Shown here one piece after another: positions 5,567 to 9,284 of a stretch of DNA of 9,284 nucleotides. The DNA comes from a virus (Duplodnaviria > Heunggongvirae > Uroviricota > Caudoviricetes): the IMG/VR virus record IMGVR_UViG_2671180524_000015; one strand, written 5' to 3'. The translations under genes and the position numbers were made by a program. Every line of letters starts with the position of its first letter. Within the stretch, counting starts at the first letter, position 1. The notes beneath the pieces are model-generated. The model was not told where the DNA came from. It was given only the letters and a program-made list of their open reading frames with translations, and did not search any database.

Positions 5567-5692
5567 TTTTCACTACCGCCCTTTCGGGCGGTCTCCTGAT
5601 GTTCTGAGGGTGCAGGAATCCCTCCGGTTAAGGATTTAATAAAAATCATTTCTGATTTAAATTTTCAGTGTTTAGTTGTTGGTTTATAGCCT

Positions 5693-6004
5693 TTATGCTT
5701 CGGCCTTATTTCTCAGCCATACACAAACAGGACCATCTTCGGTGTCATGTATCGAACCGATAAACCATCCCTCACCTTCTGGTCGCTCAGGTTTCCATGC
5801 TGAAATATCAGGGCCATCTGCGTCCAGATTAAAATCATCTTCATCCATACTACGGATAGCCCACTGAAGATTATTTTTCTCCATCCAGGCGTTAAACTCT
5901 TCCGTTGAAATATATTCCCGACCATCACAGAATTTTTCATATTCAGGATGCGTCCAGCAGCCATATTCATTACGTTCCACTGGCATTTCTTTAATTACGC
6001 TCAT
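5693..6004 (-). CDS. Hypothetical acidic Trp-rich protein, 103 aa
   Basis: ATG at 6004-6002 overlaps the upstream stop as ATGA; AAGGGGGG Shine-Dalgarno. MSVIKEMPVERNEYGCWTHPEYEKF... Confidence 0.6.
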   Translation of the reverse strand: MSVIKEMPVERNEYGCWTHPEYEKFCDGREYISTEEFNAWMEKNNLQWAIRSMDEDDFNLDADGPDISAWKPERPEGEGWFIGSIHDTEDGPVCVWLRNKAEA

Positions 6005-6189
6005 TTACCCCCCTTATTTAATTTTCTACGACACTTTTTACAATCATCTGGACTTTCGAATGTATCCGGCTCACGCTCATTGCCAAAATACATCCACCCA
6101 CCGCAAATACTTGTTATTTCACCTTCAGCAAAATAATGATGTTTTTTCGCCATAAGTGGCCTTGCCCAGCCCGGATTCGTTTTACTCAC
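6001..6189 (-). CDS. Hypothetical small Cys/His-containing protein, 62 aa
   Basis: GTG start at 6189-6187 overlaps the upstream stop as GTGA, with AGGAGG 6 nt upstream. ..HHYFAEGEITSICGGWMYFGNEREPDTFESPDDCKKCRRKLNKGGK has a possible Cys/His metal-binding spacing. Confidence 0.5.
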   Translation of the reverse strand: MSKTNPGWARPLMAKKHHYFAEGEITSICGGWMYFGNEREPDTFESPDDCKKCRRKLNKGGK

Positions 6190-6542
6190 TTGTTGCCTCC
6201 TTTGCGAAGCTCTGCGACTAACTCGTCACATATGTGCGTCAAAGAGCAAAGTTTGATTGCTGGATGTTCGCGCACCATCTCCACACCCTGCGCCCGCAAT
6301 TCTGCCAGAAAAGCGTAGGGGTCAGTTTTTTCACTGTGGTACATGGCATCATAGATAATCATTGCAGCGACACCTGCCTGTCCTGCATCTGTGACGGATA
6401 TATGCTCAAGGGCTACGGCCATTGCGTGTTTCAACCTCTCATTTTCCACCTCAAGCACCACACGATTAGCCTCCAGCTCTTCTATGCGTTTTTTTGCTGC
6501 TCCCAGCTCAACACGCAGCTCCTGATAGTTAATCTCGCTCAT
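6186..6542 (-). CDS. Hypothetical protein with predicted N-terminal coiled coil, 118 aa
   Basis: ATG at 6542-6540 overlaps the upstream stop as ATGA; GGAGGAAGGAGA Shine-Dalgarno. MSEINYQELRVELGAAKKRIEELEANRVVLEVENERLKHA... Confidence 0.6.
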   Translation of the reverse strand: MSEINYQELRVELGAAKKRIEELEANRVVLEVENERLKHAMAVALEHISVTDAGQAGVAAMIIYDAMYHSEKTDPYAFLAELRAQGVEMVREHPAIKLCSLTHICDELVAELRKGGNK

Positions 6543-6763
6543 TCTCCTTCCTCCCGCACTGCTGTTTTATATGCCCGAAGCACATGCGATGTTTTTCCTG
6601 ACACAGTGCTTCTCAGAAAGAAAATTCCACTGGTGTTTATTACCAGATACGGGTCAGCAAGACGCAGCATATCCAGTATGTGATTATGTTTTCTTGTTTC
6701 CAGCACCGTACTTGAAATAAGCATATGTGACACGGGGCCGAAATCATGATATCTGATTTTCAT
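6539..6763 (-). CDS. Hypothetical protein, 74 aa
   Basis: ATG at 6763-6761, 21 nt downstream of the previous gene; MKIRYHDFGPVSHMLISSTVLETRKH... Confidence 0.5.
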   Translation of the reverse strand: MKIRYHDFGPVSHMLISSTVLETRKHNHILDMLRLADPYLVINTSGIFFLRSTVSGKTSHVLRAYKTAVREEGE

Positions 6764-6784
6764 ATCATCACCCTGCTGTAAAAA

Positions 6785-7483
6785 TTACCCGTTATCTCCT
6801 GTCGTTATTTTCTGTATGACATCACGATGCTTATTAATTTCCCGCAGCGCGGCGCATAAGCGCTCCCACTTCTGAACCTGACCTTTTGCCCGGCGCAGCT
6901 CGCGGTTAGCCACATGCAGCGATGGTAAAATCAGACCATCCGGATGCTTTCTGATGAACGACGACTGTGACTGCACTGTGACCGCCACACTTTCAGTTTT
7001 AATTTCTTCCTGTGTTTCCGCTTCCCGGACTGGTAACGCAACACCTGCCGGCTGAGGAAAGGCTTTACCATCGGTTTCCGTTACCGATGCAGCTTTCGGC
7101 TCTGCCGGTAAATTATCGCCCGGTATGCAGTAACGATATTTACCGTCCTGATTTACGCGAATCAGACGACCTTTGCTGACAGCCATCGCCAGTGATGAAT
7201 TCGCCCGGCGGGAGGTAATCCCGAACATTAACGCCAGTTCGTCAGCCGACTGAGGACCATGCTGTTCAATCGCGTTAATCAGCATCTCTGCAGTGGTTTT
7301 TGGGGCCGCTTCAGTTGCCTCACTCGTCAGCCACCACATCGACCCCTTGTTATCAGCTTCGCCACGACGCTTCAGCTTCCAGAGTTCGGTAACAGCATCG
7401 TCACGGCTGATTTCAAGACGGGCTGCAATCTCGTGCGACGAGGCTTTTTTCAGTGCTTTCAGTGCGTCAAAAACGGTTTCCAT
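6785..7483 (-). CDS. Hypothetical protein with two winged-helix-like segments, 232 aa
   Basis: Start chosen at ATG 7483-7481 ([42 protein letters not shown]...) because GGGAGGAAAA lies 7 nt upstream. The ORF-track start at 7549 would overlap the P-like gene and has no ribosome-binding site. Confidence 0.55.
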   Translation of the reverse strand: METVFDALKALKKASSHEIAARLEISRDDAVTELWKLKRRGEADNKGSMWWLTSEATEAAPKTTAEMLINAIEQHGPQSADELALMFGITSRRANSSLAMAVSKGRLIRVNQDGKYRYCIPGDNLPAEPKAASVTETDGKAFPQPAGVALPVREAETQEEIKTESVAVTVQSQSSFIRKHPDGLILPSLHVANRELRRAKGQVQKWERLCAALREINKHRDVIQKITTGDNG

Positions 7484-7517
7484 TAAATTTTCCTCCCGGT
7501 AAAAATTACTTCTCAAC

Positions 7518-8180
7518 TCAGACAAAACCGGCCGCCTTCCGGCGCTCATATTCCTGTTTCAGCAATTCAATTGGCGTTGGCCCTGGCGGGCGTTTGGGTG
7601 CTGCCAGTTGTCGCCGGACTGGCGGAACACTGAGGCCATTACCAACATGCTTTGCCCATTTCGTCAGCTGCCTTTCCACAAGCCGTTTTAACTCCCCTTC
7701 GGTCATCTGGCGCTCAATCCCCTTTGAACGCATCTCGAGGCAAATGTGGTACAGCACCGGCTGTGGCCACGGGTATTTATCACTCCCGTCGTACCGCCAG
7801 GATTCATTCCTCCAGCGACGGTACTCCTCCATCACGGCATCCACCGTCAGGCCAAATGGATTTGCCCCGCTCTCCGAAATCAACGCCACAAACTCAGCCA
7901 GATCCGGAGGCCACGTTTCACCCGCCCGGCAGCGGTCCATGCACTGACGGCAGACCTGCCGGATTTGCTGTTCAGTCATCGCGCCAATCTGAGCAATCCA
8001 GAGCTTCGACGGCGCAGCCCCGTTCTTCTGGGTCCAGCGGTTCGAATACACCTCCCCCATAAGTTCCCACAGCTTCCAGGCCGTTTCCGTTGCTGATAAA
8101 TCCGTTTTCACGTTCCCACTGTTCACGTGCTGCCCGAATTTCCTGAACTGCCCGTGATGCGGTGCCACCTGGTGCTGCAT
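7518..8180 (-). CDS. Replication protein P-like (putative helicase loader), 220 aa
   Basis: ATG at 8180-8178 with AAGGGGGT Shine-Dalgarno. The central and C-terminal parts (..[52 protein letters not shown]..) resemble my recollection of lambda P (..PSPGQFVAWCREEA..YPWKSNAHYWLV..). Size is close to lambda P (233 aa). Confidence 0.5.
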   Translation of the reverse strand: MQHQVAPHHGQFRKFGQHVNSGNVKTDLSATETAWKLWELMGEVYSNRWTQKNGAAPSKLWIAQIGAMTEQQIRQVCRQCMDRCRAGETWPPDLAEFVALISESGANPFGLTVDAVMEEYRRWRNESWRYDGSDKYPWPQPVLYHICLEMRSKGIERQMTEGELKRLVERQLTKWAKHVGNGLSVPPVRRQLAAPKRPPGPTPIELLKQEYERRKAAGFV

Positions 8181-9009
8181 GGCTTACCCCCTTGCTGACT
8201 GGTTTTACCTGTGCCCTGACGTGCTGCACGTGACGGGCAAATTTCTGCTCCCACTGAACCTGCGTGAAAACCTTCCCCTCCGCCATCCAGTAATCCCGGA
8301 ATGCGGCAAGCTCAGCAGGTGTAAACTCAGGCTCAGGCAGAGCCATACCCCACACTGCTGCCCGCTGTCGAAAATCCGGCGACGGTTGCCAGACTCCAGT
8401 CATCGGAAATTTCCCGATCGGTTCGCTCAGGCCGTCCAGGTATTCAGGTTCGGCTGTCTGCAACGACGCGTCATTCAACTCACCGGTCGTAGCACTCTCG
8501 CGCATGCGCGCGTTATGTGTGGGGTTTAATTCTTTATCTGTATCTGTATCTGTCGTGATTTGTCGTGACATATGCGTGACGCGTCGTGACTCATCGTGAC
8601 AATCAGTGTTCTGCTTCCGCAGTCTTTCCCGCTCCCGCTGCGCTCTCTTGCGCTCTGCCGGGGATTTTGCGGTTTGCGAAACATTACCGTTATCCTCCTT
8701 CATCACCTGGCGTTTTTCCCATCCGGAAATAAGATCACCATCCAGAACTCGCCCCTGCATTGCATGCAAAATTGAATCAATCACGTCTTCCGTCACATCA
8801 AGCGCACTTGCTAAATCTTCCGTCGTGACATCAATGTGACCACGTAGTGACACGCCGTGACATGTCGTGACATTTCGTGACGCACTCACCAGAAGGTGGA
8901 TATACACCGCCATCACTGTTGCGATTGGCTGTCCTGAGACCCTGGCAATGGTTCGCCATTTGGGATCATTTGGCATGTCATGCCACAATCTGAGCCAGGC
9001 ATTAGCCAT
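7972..9009 (-). CDS. Replication initiator (O-like) candidate containing its own iteron arrays, 345 aa as called
   Basis: ATG at 9009-9007 with AGGTGA upstream (the ORF-track GTG at 9015 has no ribosome-binding site). N-terminus MANAWLRLWHDMPNDPKWRTIARVSGQ resembles phage replisome-organiser N-domains from memory. Two CGTGAC iteron arrays lie inside the gene and a P-like gene follows. The last ~70 codons overlap the P-like gene out of frame, so the true 3' end is uncertain. Confidence 0.5.
   Translation of the reverse strand: MANAWLRLWHDMPNDPKWRTIARVSGQPIATVMAVYIHLLVSASRNVTTCHGVSLRGHIDVTTEDLASALDVTEDVIDSILHAMQGRVLDGDLISGWEKRQVMKEDNGNVSQTAKSPAERKRAQRERERLRKQNTDCHDESRRVTHMSRQITTDTDTDKELNPTHNARMRESATTGELNDASLQTAEPEYLDGLSEPIGKFPMTGVWQPSPDFRQRAAVWGMALPEPEFTPAELAAFRDYWMAEGKVFTQVQWEQKFARHVQHVRAQVKPVSKGVSHAAPGGTASRAVQEIRAAREQWERENGFISNGNGLEAVGTYGGGVFEPLDPEERGCAVEALDCSDWRDD
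8553..8599. repeat. Iteron array 1: five CGTGA(C/T) repeats at 10-11 bp spacing
   Basis: Repeat starts at 8553, 8563, 8574, 8584 and 8594; immediately preceded by (ATCTGT)x3 at 8535-8552. Confidence 0.6.
8825..8882. repeat. Iteron array 2: six GTGAC repeats at 10-11 bp spacing
   Basis: GTGAC starts at 8826, 8837, 8848, 8858, 8868 and 8878, mostly in the context TCGTGACA. Confidence 0.6.
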
Positions 9010-9077
9010 ACTCACCTCATCTGATACCGAACTTTACCCTCGAACATCCGGAAGAAATCCGGCATGAATATTGTTGG

Positions 9078-9284
9078 TCAATGCACGACAACAGCATTAC
9101 CAGGCTGACCACCACTGTTAGTCAGGGTGCCCCAGGCGATCGCCGCTGCGACAAAATCATCCACATCTTTCACCAGCCGATCCCTCCGTTCGACGATCTC
9201 ACGGTAATATTCAGAGCTGTGACTGCGCATACGGGCCACCAGCAGAGGCGGCATTGCCTTTTCGATCGCCGGTAACAGAGCCTG
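9078..9284 (-). CDS. 3' end of an upstream gene that enters from beyond the window (partial, hypothetical)
   Basis: Open minus-strand frame from the window edge: ..QALLPAIEKAMPPLLVARMRSHSSEYYREIVERRDRLVKDVDDFVAAAIAWGTLTNSGGQPGNAVVVH, stop TGA at 9080-9078. Not in the ORF track because no start codon of sufficient length lies in the window. Confidence 0.35.
   Translation of the reverse strand, partial: QALLPAIEKAMPPLLVARMRSHSSEYYREIVERRDRLVKDVDDFVAAAIAWGTLTNSGGQPGNAVVVH

Noticed and set aside
6234-6683. 149-aa plus-strand ORF
   Set aside because: Antisense to the translationally coupled minus-strand cassette, which has consistent ribosome-binding sites and ATGA overlaps; the plus frame has none.
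7453-8096. Plus-strand ORFs of 116-164 aa (7453-7947, 7652-8062, 7746-8096)
   Set aside because: Antisense to the P-like and O-like genes, Pro/Ser/Arg-rich low-complexity translations, mutually overlapping; typical shadow frames.
8553-8882. CRISPR array
   Set aside because: The repeats are 5-6 bp units at 10-11 bp spacing inside a coding region, far too short and without spacers; iterons are the better explanation.
9081-9275. 64-aa plus-strand ORF at the right edge
   Set aside because: The opposite strand carries an open frame continuing beyond the window with a clean stop at 9078, co-oriented with every other gene; the plus-strand ORF is the less likely reading.

Overview
All supportable genes lie on the minus strand and form a contiguous lambdoid (Qin/933W-like) prophage segment. 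Read 5'->3' on the minus strand: a partial upstream ORF, an O-like replication initiator carrying two helically phased CGTGAC iteron arrays, a P-like helicase loader, a tightly packed run of small nin-region-like genes (four of them translationally coupled), a 187-aa unknown protein and a 34-aa hydrophobic peptide set off by larger intergenic regions, a hokD-type toxin gene, a rem-like gene, a ydfU-like DUF968/HNH protein, rusA, a Q antiterminator-like gene, a pR'-like promoter with tR'-like terminator, a phage tRNA cluster (Ile-CAU, Arg-UCG, Arg-UCU), and a TerB-domain cargo gene sitting where Shiga-toxin genes sit in Stx phages. No stx genes are present. The window is a draft scaffold: six runs of about 50 N interrupt it, and the left 1.6 kb contains near-identical but SNP-distinct copies of the TerB 5' region and the tRNA-Arg unit, so copy number and order there are unreliable. 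Everything is read by eye and from memory of protein families; no database search was run.
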